Shown: positions 1 to 11,039 of the stretch, one piece after another
How positions within the stretch are numbered: position 1 is the stretch's first letter
How the letters are laid out: each line of letters begins with the position of its first letter
From: Klebsormidium nitens
Lineage: Eukaryota > Plantae > Klebsormidiophyceae
Direction of reading: 5' to 3'
DNA length: 64,000 bases
Assembly (NCBI GenBank): GCA_000708835.1
Contig: DF236997.1
Location: forward strand, 1-64,000
Notes under the pieces: model-generated
Seen by the model: the letters and a program-made list of their open reading frames with translations, nothing else
Told to the model about the DNA's origin: nothing
Database searches by the model: none
Position numbers and translations under genes: made by a program

Positions 1-1609
1 ATATACATTGTGTGAACTTGATTGATTGAATATCACTTCCAACAACGCTGTGTTTCAACACTTTCTTCTATTCAAAATCACTTGCGGAGTCGTCAGGCAC
101 TCGACGTTTGAAGCGACCTGAACTTCAAGGCCCATTCTTTTGTACTCTAATCTTTCTGCTTTATTTCAGATGTTACTTCGGCTGACCTCGGCACCCGGCT
201 CCTCCTCAATCTTCTGAAGACCTTCGTGATGCTTCGCCTCCTTCGGTTGCAAACCCTCCTGAACTTCAAGTCCAAGTTCCGCCTCCCGAGGCAACTTCGG
301 CAACTTTGTTGCGGTACGACGACGCTTCTACGACACGTCGCCGTTTGTCATCAAGCATGGGCGTACTTCTTTTTTCATTGTATCGACGAATAGGACGAAC
401 AGAACGACGACGGTCAGTATACTCTAACCGTTGAGCTGCTTGCCGATCTTTGGAGCCGGGGAACTTATCAGCAGTGTCGAGCGGAGGATTTCAGGATCCT
501 CTTCTCGTTATCTTCACGGACTGTCTGAAGCGGATGTTGGAGAGTGGGGGAAGGGGAATATAGATATACCGGGGACGAGAGCGTCGATATGGTGTGCCGG
601 ACTCAGGCAAACGGGGTGTCCTTCGTCCAGTGGATTATGCGAAAGGAGCCGCGGTATTCCAGCAAGGCAATCCGGGATGACATTGTCTACTTTTAGCTCC
701 GTCTCGAGCGGTTGGTCAAGCACAGTGTTTACTTTATGACGACTGGGCTGCAGTCGTTTGTGAGCCTCCGCCAGCACGTGAGCAGTCGGTAGTGCCTCCT
801 TCCTCTTTGGCGCAGGCTGCTATTTAGCAGATGGTGTCAATTTCATAAGCTTCGCCTTCTTCTTCCACTTCGCATCCAGTTCTTCCAGTGCAACCAACTT
901 CTGTTTTGGTTCCCACTGCAGCACCGATTGCAGTTGCTCTCTCATCGCCAGCAGTCCCTCCAGCTTCCTCTTAGCCCTCTGTTTCCCCGCCAGTCAGCGT
1001 ACAGCCGACTAGGCCTTCTCTTCCTTCTCGTCTCACGTTTCCTTCCGAGCCTCCTTCAAGTCAGCGGCAGTCAAGTCCTCCCATCTGCTTCAGCACGTCG
1101 GCTTACCGCCCGTTTATGTCAGTGAGGAACGGAAATTCATTTTGGAGCCTATGGACCGTCAGCCGCGTCGGTGGCAGGTAATCGAAATGGAGATTCATAT
1201 GCTCGACGCTGTCCATGGGCATTTCTTCATAGTTCACGTCACTAATGATTCATCAATATGGTGATCTCGGCATCACTGTGTACTACGTTTGGTCTGATCA
1301 GTATTTTAGTCACGACCTTCAGCTGCGCCGTCATCAGAATGTGGTTTTGACTACGGTATACGAAGGATCTTCGCTAAGCAGTATGCGGGCTTCAGCTTCA
1401 CCGTCGGTTGTGATAGTACGGGGGCACGGAAAGCTCTGGGGGATCGTCTTCTCTGTAAAGTGTTTATCCGGTACCATTTGTACATATTGTACCGTATCAT
1501 CAGCTTCTTCTTCTTCTCCCTATCCGCAAGGACGCGTCTTCTGTTCGGAGGGGGTGAACTAACAGCTGTTACCCCAAAAAGTCACTACCTGCAGAATCGT
1601 CTACCGAAG

Positions 1610-2268
1610 TGTTAAGATTCGGTGATGATAGTCAGCCGAATTACTGTCATTAGGGTTCGGCCCGACTTAGGGTTTGAACTAGTGAACGCCGACGTGCGTG
1701 TACGGCGGTTGGACGGTTAAACCGTTAGCGGTTTGGAGGTTAGGCGGTTGAGAGCGGCCGTCAGTGTTAGCCGTAGATGAGGATATCGCAGGCTAAGATT
1801 GAGTGTGACTGTGAGCTAGGCTAGTGAGCCTAGTAGTGTGTGACTTAGGCTAGTGAGCCTAGTAGGCTAGTGAGCCTAGTGGAACGGAAGAGACCCGTAA
1901 GACATATGNNNNNNNNNNNNNNNNNNNNNNNNNNNNNNNNNNNNNNNNNNNNNNNNNNNNNNNNNNNNNNNNNNNNNNNNNNNNNNNNNNNNNNNNNNNN
2001 NNNNNNNNNNNNNNNNNNNNNNNNNNNNNNNNNNNNNNNNNNNNNNNNNNNNNNNNNNNNNNNNNNNNNNNNNNNNNNNNNNNNNNNNNNNNNNNNNNNN
2101 NNNNNNNNNNNNNNNNNNNNNNNNNNNNNNNNNGTGAGGCGCTTCGGTGTTCCTCTTAGGATGCATGATTGCCATCAATGAGTGATGAGCATGGGTGCCG
2201 GGCAACACGATAAGACCCGATGACGAGTACCTTAACTACACTACGACTCCCTACCATGAGTTTCAACA
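1610..2268 (+). repeat. 5' LTR, family 1 (contains N gap 1909-2133)
   Basis: TG...CA termini (TGTTAA...TTTCAACA). 1610-1700 matches 4766-4856 base for base. Followed directly by the PBS. Confidence 0.92.
1909..2133. other. Assembly gap (further gaps at 4858-5429 and 10543-10735)
   Basis: Runs of N. All three gaps fall inside copies of the same family-1 LTR. Confidence 1.
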
Positions 2269-2285
2269 GGTTATGGGCCCACAAC
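2269..2285 (+). other. Primer binding site complementary to the anticodon-arm (5' half) region of initiator tRNA-Met
   Basis: GGTTATGGGCCCACAAC immediately after the LTR. This is the copia-type half-tRNAiMet PBS (GGTTATGGGCCCA), not the usual TGGTATCAGAGC 3'-end PBS. Confidence 0.85.
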
Positions 2286-2421
2286 GCTTGGTTGTGAAGA
2301 GGGCGCAAGGTTTCAATCCTGGTCGTCTGGAGGGCGATAATTGAACGTGTGCGCCGATGAGCCTGTGAGGAAAAGGAGCGGAGGATTTGGCTTCTTTGTG
2401 TTCAAGGGAAGTGTACTTGAG

Positions 2422-4736
2422 ATGGCGGGAGACAAGGTGTCGATCCCGCAACTCTGTGGTGAGAACTGGTCAACGTGGAAGGCCAAGTTCCGTGGGCTTC
2501 TTGCATACAAGGGATGGCTGTGTGCATTGGAGGAGCCGGAGTCCGTGGAAGGAAAAAAAGTGTCAAGCCAAGCAAGGGGGCTGATGCTGATCCACACGGA
2601 AGATGCTTATATGAAATTGATTGAGGGTGAACCCACTGCGGGGAAAGCGTCGAAGAAGTTGGAGGACAACTTTGAGAAGAGGAGCAATGCGCGCATGATT
2701 CAGCTCAGGAGGAAGCTGACGGGTCTAAGGTTGACCAAGGGGAAAGCCGTTGCAGAGTACCTAGGGGAATTCCGGGAGCTCAAGATAGATTTAGAGGCGG
2801 CGGGACAAACCGTCTCAGACCGTGAGCTGGCCGTGCACGCTTTGGAAGGTTTGCCGGAGGAGTATGCCACTGTTGTGGAGTTCTTGGAGCTTGGGGAAGA
2901 GGAGCTAACCCTAGATGAGATCCAGCCAAAGCTAATGCAGAGAGAGCAAAAGCTAAAGTTAAGGGCTGAAGCGGGGTCCTTGAAGGGGACTTCGGGTGGG
3001 GATGAAGCTGTGGCGTATGTCGCCAAGCATAGGGGCTACTCGAGCTCAGAGAAGGGCCGGGGAAGCTCAAACGAGCTGGGAAGAAGCTCGGAGGTGAGAG
3101 GCGGGAGCTCAAATCCGCCAACGTGCTTTTGTTGTGGCAATGTGGGCCACATGAAGGCAAAGTGCAGCTTGCGCGATGCGGAGTGCCGCAAGTGCGGCAA
3201 GAGGGGCCACACAGCGGTAGTGTGTCGGCATAGTGCGCGCGCAAGTGGCCGCGCAGAGGAGAGAGAGTTTGCAGGCAATACAAAAGGGGTAGCCTTTACG
3301 GCATGGGGCGACGACGAGGATGTGCGCAATGGGGTGTGGATTGTCGACTCGGGCAGCACCCAGCATGTCACGGCCGATCGGAGCCAGTTCACGAGCTACA
3401 GAGAGCTTGTGCGTGACGAGAAGATCGTGGGGATCTGTGGTGAGTCTCTGATTGCAGTGGGCATTGGAGAAGTGGAGCTAAAGTGTAAGACCCCGAGCGG
3501 TGTGAGTACGGTAACCTTGAGGGAAGTCTGGCACGCTCCGAGGGCACAAGCGAGTTTGTTCTCGCTAAAAAGAGCGACTGACGCGGGAGCACGAGTGGTG
3601 CTCGAGGGGAGAACCGCGCAGATCGAGCGGACAATGTGGTCCGTATGGAGGCAGTCAAACGTGGGGGACTGTGGGAGGAGATTGAGACCGTGGGGAAGCG
3701 GAGAGCATTCCTTGCATACAAATAAAGTTTAATACCTATAAGGCATTGTGACCTATAAGGTGCTGTATTGTGTAAGAGGACTGTACACGTAATGATTGCG
3801 CGGTCGTGCCCCGCGCTGCGCGGTGCGTACCCGAGAAGCAGCCGGGCCTACCCTGGGACATTAGGGTCTCGCAAGCAACCGGGTGACAAGCAGGCCCTCC
3901 CTCTGACATTAGGGTCTCGCAAGCGGCCGGGTGACAACCGGGCACTTCCCAGTGACATTAGGGTCTGTCGGTCACATTACCCTAGGTTTTTAGTGCTCCC
4001 CGGGGCCTCTTATGTACAATATTCCTCTACGGTTGAAGAGTTTCCTTATAGGGAACATTACCTTATAGGTATTAAACTTTATGGTTATTTCCTTGCGAGG
4101 GGTCCGGTCAAGGGGAACCGGGTGTGCGCCACGGCAAAGAGGCCGGTAAGAGCGGAAAGCGTGGTGAAAAAGACGGTGAAGGTCGTGGAGATCGACCTAG
4201 ACGAGTCGGACGACGAGAATGAGGGCGTCGAACGTGAGTGGGAAACTTTTGTGGGGGCGGATGAGGTGCCGCGCACATGTTCACAAAAGCTCCCAAAAGG
4301 GGCGGAGTTTGAAACGGCGCGCGAGGGGGACGCGCACGCGCCCGCGACGAACCGCGGCCGCGTCGCGCGCACAGTTTCAAAGAAAGGCCAAAGTGGGCCG
4401 ATTGTGGAAACGATGCGCGCAATTGTGGAGGTGTCCGAGGAGATCGGAGAGGGCAAGGAGAGCCCGGAGACGGCGGTAGAGAGCAAGCCTGCCGGTGTGG
4501 AGCAGGCAACGGAGAAGCCTGTAGTGGAGTCCCAAGAGTTGGGAAGATATCCTGCGAGAGTGCGACGGGAGCCCGCTGAGTGGTATCGGGCAAATGTGAA
4601 AGCCGTGGGAGCCGAAGAGCCAGAGCACGGAGTGGAGAAGACGTCGCCGGAGAAGAGCGGCGATGGCCACAGTGAAGGCGTGTGGGTGACGCCAAAGGCG
4701 AAGAAGACAGCCCGTAAAAGGAGCATGACGAGTTAG
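2422..4736 (+). pseudogene. Gag-protease ORF with acidic/low-complexity tail, disrupted by a 1-nt frameshift (~3630) and a MITE
   Basis: MAGDKVSIPQL..NWSTWK Gag N-terminus. Two CX2CX4HX4C knuckles (CFCCGNVGHMKAKC, CRKCGKRGHTAVVC). Copia protease WIVDSGSTQH. Removing 3716-4096 rejoins KRRAFL|ARGPVKG in frame with the tail ending at stop 4736. The tail contains RYPARVRREPAEWYRAN. Confidence 0.85.
3716..4088. mobile_element. MITE-like non-autonomous DNA transposon, 373 bp
   Basis: 8-bp TSD TTCCTTGC at 3708-3715 and 4089-4096. 28-bp TIRs (3716-3743 vs 4061-4088, 3 mismatches) extend imperfectly to ~45 bp. Internal ~48-bp repeats start at 3857, 3905 and 3954. Excision restores the host reading frame. 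Confidence 0.9.
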
Positions 4737-4765
4737 AGGCTTAGAGTACTTCGTCTGAGTGGGGG

Positions 4766-5433
4766 TGTTAAGATTCGGTGATGATAGTCAGCCGAATTAC
4801 TGTCATTAGGGTTCGGCCCGACTTAGGGTTTGAACTAGTGAACGCCGACGTGCGTGCNNNNNNNNNNNNNNNNNNNNNNNNNNNNNNNNNNNNNNNNNNN
4901 NNNNNNNNNNNNNNNNNNNNNNNNNNNNNNNNNNNNNNNNNNNNNNNNNNNNNNNNNNNNNNNNNNNNNNNNNNNNNNNNNNNNNNNNNNNNNNNNNNNN
5001 NNNNNNNNNNNNNNNNNNNNNNNNNNNNNNNNNNNNNNNNNNNNNNNNNNNNNNNNNNNNNNNNNNNNNNNNNNNNNNNNNNNNNNNNNNNNNNNNNNNN
5101 NNNNNNNNNNNNNNNNNNNNNNNNNNNNNNNNNNNNNNNNNNNNNNNNNNNNNNNNNNNNNNNNNNNNNNNNNNNNNNNNNNNNNNNNNNNNNNNNNNNN
5201 NNNNNNNNNNNNNNNNNNNNNNNNNNNNNNNNNNNNNNNNNNNNNNNNNNNNNNNNNNNNNNNNNNNNNNNNNNNNNNNNNNNNNNNNNNNNNNNNNNNN
5301 NNNNNNNNNNNNNNNNNNNNNNNNNNNNNNNNNNNNNNNNNNNNNNNNNNNNNNNNNNNNNNNNNNNNNNNNNNNNNNNNNNNNNNNNNNNNNNNNNNNN
5401 NNNNNNNNNNNNNNNNNNNNNNNNNNNNNAACA
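4766..5433 (+). repeat. 3' LTR, family 1 (mostly N gap 4858-5429)
   Basis: Preceded by the PPT and identical to the 5' LTR start. The terminal AACA reappears at 5430-5433 just before the TSD. Confidence 0.88.
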
Positions 5434-6941
5434 CGAAGTTTCGGGCGGCCGCTCGCGACTCAACCCAGAGTGCCGCTAGGGGGAGTTCCCTGCTTTTCCG
5501 CAATTCCGGCCTGTTCATTAGCCTTCAGTACTTACTTCCGGCTTGCGTTTTAGGGCCGGAATGTGCACAGAATTTCGTCGGAGAGCCTGTACGGTATAGC
5601 TCAGCTAGTGTGGCGAGCTCGTATTGGTCGTTTGGTCGTTAGAAATCGTTTCTTCATGTGACCTCCAGCGTGCCATGGAACTTTCGGCGTGCAGAACAGA
5701 GACTTACTCAGAAGCGGACAAAAGAGAAGCGGATTTTAGCGACTTGTACTTAGGTAGCGTCAATTACTAATTCTCTACGAACAGTGGCCATTTAGTCCCG
5801 GGACACAAAAGAGAAAGAAGTTTGACTTTTAGGACATTAACATAAGAGCTTTTTCTTAACGGTTCGGCATTATACAATATTGACCCAATAGTTACTTCAC
5901 CGTGATATTGCTGACGACACCTGGAACCCTTACGAAATTCGCCACGGCCGTCGATGGAAAATGAACGGCGTAGGACAGGGGCGAGATGGCTGGAGACGGT
6001 GGCTAACAAAAAGCCCGGGGCTGTGGCAGCTTTGATGTTCTCTGGCAGCGAGCCACGGCCGCCTTTCAAAACCAGGTAGTGCGAGCCACCTTTTAAAATT
6101 CGACATTTGTTTACCCAATATCCTCATACCAGTTTATGCCGCCATGAGAAGCTTACGGGTGTGGGCCCTGTTTGGCTACTAGGTTAGCAAGCACGAGAAT
6201 ACATAAGAGCTTACAGCTTTTTCACCCTAACTGCAATCATTGATTCAGCTGCAGACCACTAAGCTACCTAGGCTTAATAAATTCATAGACTGATATCCCA
6301 TTAAGTTGAAGTCCCATAAGACTTTTGCCGCCATCCCGAAGGCCGACGTGTCGACAGTGGGCGCCCAATTGGCTCTCTTGCTTGCTAGCAGCTCTTGACG
6401 GAGGGGGTCTCCACGGCTCGGCCTTGTAGCAGGTATGTAATTCTCTTTTCCCCCATAGCCACACTTTTAACATGCATCCTTTCGTCCATGCACACTTTAG
6501 CTCAAGGCTCAATTCCTACGGGAAATAGTGTGTGGAGGTGCGCGTTTAGCACCTTTGACTTTGCTGCCCTCCATGTCTCAATGGCACTTTCGGCCTTTGT
6601 ATTTTTGTGACCGCTCGTAACTTCCAGATGGATGGCCCCCGCCTCAGTTTGGGCCCGCCAGCTGCTTTTGTGCTACAGATATCGTACCACAGATGCTATA
6701 TTTCTCAAAAGCTCAGATCCACCTTCTCGGAAGCCGATCTTCTCTCTATCCTCTGATCCTCCTAACAATCCGCAACTCTTTGCTCGGTTCTCCACCCCCG
6801 CGTCCTCTGCTTAGTTTACCGAGGTACGTCTCAAAGCTTGCCTCTTGTATGTCGGCGACGCTCTTGCCTTTTATCTTCCGGTTTTTCTTCCTCCGCCGCC
6901 TTTTCTTTCCACTCATCCCTTTTTTTATGCCACCGTCTGCT

Positions 6942-7265
6942 TGTTGAAAGTAAGCGTCTTGGAGCGCCTTCACGTGCACAACTACTAGAAATGAGTATCA
7001 AGCACAAGACGAGAGTCCAAGTCAAGTCCGATCCCGTAGCTAGGTCTACTCTAGCTTATGTGCAGTCTACTAATAGGCTAGGTGTTTCAAATCCTCATTC
7101 TTGATTTGATACCGATTAAGACCTTGATCTCGGCCTCATCAAGACCAAACATATGCCACGCAAGGATCCCGCTTCACTACAATGGTATAGGATATTAGCG
7201 CGTAACCACGACAAAAAATCCTGAATCCCAACAGGATTAAGGCCAAAGACTTCTTAATCTCAACA
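6942..7265 (-). repeat. 3' LTR, family 2 (324 bp)
   Basis: TGTTGA...TCAACA terminal inverted repeat. Lies downstream of RNase H and a degenerate purine-rich tract (7266-7279). Homologous to the 5' LTR remnant. Confidence 0.8.
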
Positions 7266-7299
7266 CTCATCCACGCACCAAGTATCCTACGCAACTCCT

Positions 7300-10200
7300 A
7301 TCTCCCCTTGCAACTCCCCCGGTGTCAACGCCTTGGTCAAATGTCCCCCTTCATGTCCTCCGTCCTGCAATATGCGAATCCGACCTCCTTCCGCGCCACC
7401 CTCTCCCGCGCAAAGCGGTGAATCACGTCAATGTGCTTCAACCGCGGTGAGGCAATTGGATACCAAAAAAGAGCCGTGTTGTCCCTTGGTTGTCGCAGTA
7501 AATCTTGACCGTTCCGAGGTCCAACCCGAGATCTCCCCCGAGCTTGCGGAACCACAACGCCTCTTTCACGGCTTGTCCCGCGCTCATGTACTCCGACTCC
7601 ACCGTCGAAGCCGCCACCGTCGGTTGAAAACGGCTCGACCAACTCACCGCTTCCGCGTACATCAAGAATACGTACCCCGCATAGTCGGCGTCATGAAACG
7701 CCTCTAGGACCTCACCGCTCTCCCCAAAGGTTATCCCGGCTTCCGCGGTCCCTACCAAGTAGCGCACCACCCCGAGCGCCGCCACCCAATGCCCCCGTGG
7801 GCGCGCTTGTGTACCGCGGCAATGCCTCCACGGCTTGAGCGATGTCGAGCCGCCTGCACACGCTCAAGTAAAGCATACTCCCGATAAGCTCGCTATAGGG
7901 AAAGTTCGCCGTATCAAGCGGCTTACCCTCCCTCGTTAGCTTCTCCCCCGCACCAAGGGGAACCGAGCGCGCCCGTGCGCCAGCCAACCCGTGCCGTCCG
8001 AGCAACTCACCCGTTAGCTTTTTCTACGTTAGCTTTAGGGTGCGCCTCCCAATCGCGCGTCAACTCCATCCAAAGAAAGTACGTCGCCTCCCCCAAGTCG
8101 CGCACGTCGAACTTCTCCGCCAAGTGCGCCTTCATCTTCGCAATCACTCCGCTCCCCGAGCCGCAACGAGAATTTCGTTCCTCACACGATGGGGTAAACC
8201 CGCTCCCCGTTCACCACCCCCGAAAAGAGAGCCGCGTCCTCAAGGACGCCACGAACTCGAAGTTCCCGAGCTCCTTCCTTAAGCGCGTGTGCCACGCACG
8301 CGGCGCTTGGCGTAACTCGTACAAGATGCGCTTGAGGTGGAACCACGTTAGGCCCGCCTTGCTCGTACCCCTGCGGCCCTTGCACGTAAATCTCCTCCTC
8401 GAGGTCACCATTAAGGAATGCCGTTTTAACGTCCAATTGATGCAACTCCAAATCGCGCTCCACGACCGCCGCTTGAAGCGCCCGCAGATTGATGTGCTTG
8501 CTCACAAAGGCATATACCTCCTCGAAGTCGATCCTTGCTTTTGCAAGTACCATTTCGCCTCCGAACGAGACTTGTACCGCTCAACGTTCCCAAGCGCATC
8601 CGGCTTCATCTTGTAAACCCACTTCATGGGAACCGGCTTTACCCCCTTCGCTTTTCCGAAATGGTCCCACGTCCCGTTCTCCAACATGGACCGCATTTCC
8701 TCGTCCATCGAAATCCGCCAAAGCCCACCCTCTTCTCCCCCTACGGCTTCTTGATACGTTTGCGGCTCCGAATACTTCCGCAACCCCTTGGAATGCTCCC
8801 CGTTTTCGCCGCCAAATTCGCTCGATACCACTCCACGGGCGCCCGCCTCTCGCGTGCGGGGTATCTTTGTGCCGTCTTCTCTTGACCGCCATCCCCTTCA
8901 TCGGAATCCTCGCTCCGGGTGTCGGCCTCCCCCATACGAGTAGCCCCTACACCCATCCGAGTCGGGGGGCTCACATGACTAGGGCCACGAGCACCCCCCT
9001 CATCCTTCCCCGGATCGGAGCCAAGCTCAACAATTGCAACGGGCCCACGCTCATCCACCGTTGACGTTGCGGAAGTTTAAGATCCTACCTTCCCGCTCCC
9101 AAAGGACCCGGTAGGATTGTAGTTGGACTCGTAGCCCAAGAACACCGTCCTTTCGTTCATCGGCTCCATCTTCTTCCGGTTTCCCTTTGGCACGTGGACG
9201 TGGGCCCGCGCTCAAACAACCGCAAGTGGCGTACGTTCGGCTTTTTTCCGTAGAACCTTTTCCACGGGGTCTTGCCGTGTACGCTCGAGAGTACCCGGTT
9301 CCGGGTGTGGTTGCCCGTCAACATCGCTTTCGCCCTCAAGTCTGGCCCCAACCCGGCGTCCTGTAGCAAAGCCCGTGCTCTCTCCTCCAGCGTCCGGTTC
9401 AACGGATCCGCCGATCCGTTTTGTTTGGGAGAGTGCCCCGCCGTGGTTCGTTGCACCGTCCCTCTTTTTTCCGAGGAGGGTCGTCATTCCTTCGTTGATG
9501 TACTCCCCGCCCGAGTCCGTTTGCACCGCCTTGACCTTCTTCCCGGATTGCAATTCCAAGCGGGCAAACACAATCTAGGTGATTGTCGTAACGTCGCTCT
9601 TCCCTTTCAAAGGTTGGACCACCGAGAGCTTGCTATAGTCGTCGAGGAAAGTTGCTAGGCTCTACTCCCCCCCTTTAACGTCACCGGCATGGGCCCGCAC
9701 ACGTCCATGTGCACGTGAGCTCGAGGGGCTCACTACTCTCCTCGGCCCAATTATAACTAGCACTGAGTCCAACGCCTTGGGGAACGGCTCGCGGGTTTGC
9801 TTTCCCATGATGCAAGGCTCGCACACCGAAGTTTTCTACTTCCGAACCGCCTCTGCTTTAACCCCCACACCCCGGATCAACCCGGGTCCTCGACCATCTT
9901 GGCAAGCTCTCACAGTCGGCGTATCCCAGTGTCCGGTGCAACAACAGCGGGCCCTCGGCTTCCCTCACGAGCAAGCACGTGTCCTACCACGTTGCTCCCG
10001 GTTGGCGAATCACCGACGCGTTCTCCGCATTCTTCTCTGCCCAAAGCATGACTTCTCCGTCCATACACATTTCACAAACTTCACTGCGGAACACAACCTC
10101 GGCCCGTATCGCGGTTGCTTTCTTCACCGGGAAGAGGTTCTTCGCCACAGCAAGAACTACGCCACTCCGAAGATGATCAAGACACTCCCCGGTTGGCGTC

Positions 10201-10355
10201 TCACACCGCAACTCCACGGTGCCCACTCCGGCTACCTCAAGGAACCCCTTGTTCTCAAACTTGATTGCCCGAGTCCCCGGCTCAAGCATCTTGAAGGTTG
10301 AGAACGAGCCCTTAATCCCCGTCATGTGTTGGCTAGCCCCGGAGGCAATAATCCA
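7300..10355 (-). pseudogene. Copia pol (protease, integrase, RT, RNase H), multiply frameshifted
   Basis: PR WIIASGASQHMTG. IN KKVKAVQTDSGGEY and SPKQNGSADPLNRTLEERARALL. Linker RYPARERRAPVEWYRAN. RT EPQTYQEAV, KWVYKMK, ERYKSR and LHQLDVKTAFLNGDLEEEIY. RH DADYAG, TVAASTVESEYMS, IYCDNQG and KHIDVIHRFARE. Confidence 0.93.
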
Positions 10356-10497
10356 CTCTACACCTTAATTTCGGCCTCATTGCAATCAAATCTAAGCCTC
10401 ACACAACGATCCCACCTCACTACAAGGGTATACGATATTATGGCGTAACCAAGACAAATACCCTTTAATCTCGACAGGTTTAAGATCAAAAACTTCC

Positions 10498-10937
10498 TGT
10501 TGAAATTCATGGTAGGGATTCGTAGTGTAGTTGAGTTACCCGNNNNNNNNNNNNNNNNNNNNNNNNNNNNNNNNNNNNNNNNNNNNNNNNNNNNNNNNNN
10601 NNNNNNNNNNNNNNNNNNNNNNNNNNNNNNNNNNNNNNNNNNNNNNNNNNNNNNNNNNNNNNNNNNNNNNNNNNNNNNNNNNNNNNNNNNNNNNNNNNNN
10701 NNNNNNNNNNNNNNNNNNNNNNNNNNNNNNNNNNNAGTCACACTCAATCTTAGCCTTGGATACCCTCATCTACGGCTTACACTGACGGCCGCTCTCAACC
10801 GCCTAACCTCCAAACCGCCTAACGGTTTAACCGTCCAGCCGCCGTACACGCACGCCGGCGCTCACTAGTTCAAACCCTAACTCGGGCCGAACCCTAATGA
10901 CAGTAATTCGGCTGACTATAATCACCGATTTCTAACA
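10498..10937 (-). mobile_element. Solo LTR of family 1 (N gap 10543-10735) inserted in the family-2 5' LTR
   Basis: The reverse complement matches both ends of the 1610-2268 LTR (TGTTAGAAATCGGTGATTATAGTCAGCCG... and ...CCCTACCATGAATTTCAACA). TSD CTTCC at 10493-10497 and 10938-10942. Confidence 0.87.
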
Positions 10938-11039
10938 CTTCCTAATCTCAACACTGCTTTGGTCTCACTTGACTCCTGCCTCTTTTCCAGCTCGAAACAT
11001 TCTCGTCTTCAACCTCAATTTAATCTCAATTTCTCCTTC

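Larger units (their letters stand above)
1610..5433 (+). mobile_element. Non-autonomous Ty1/copia-type LTR retrotransposon, family 1 (Gag-PR only)
   Basis: Starts TGTTAAG at 1610 and ends ...AACA at 5433. Identical 5-bp TSD CGAAG at 1605-1609 and 5434-5438. PBS at 2269, Gag/zinc knuckle/protease ORF, PPT GAGTGGGGG at 4757-4765. No integrase core, RT or RNase H motifs between the LTRs. Confidence 0.92.
6942..10953 (-). mobile_element. Degenerate Ty1/copia LTR retrotransposon, family 2 (gag and 3' part of the 5' LTR deleted)
   Basis: Minus-strand ends TGTTGAGATTA (10953) and CTTTCAACA (6942). TSD CTGCT at 6937-6941 and 10954-10958. Copia order PR-IN-RT-RH. 7121-7265 is homologous to 10362-10497 plus 10943-10953. 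Confidence 0.85.

Noticed and set aside
3768-4088. 5' part of the 322-aa ORF 3768-4736 as an independent gene or capsid/env-like ORF
   Set aside because: Its first ~107 codons are read-through of the MITE. The remainder is the tail of the Gag-PR frame.
1870-10868. ORFs made of X residues
   Set aside because: Artefacts of N gaps.
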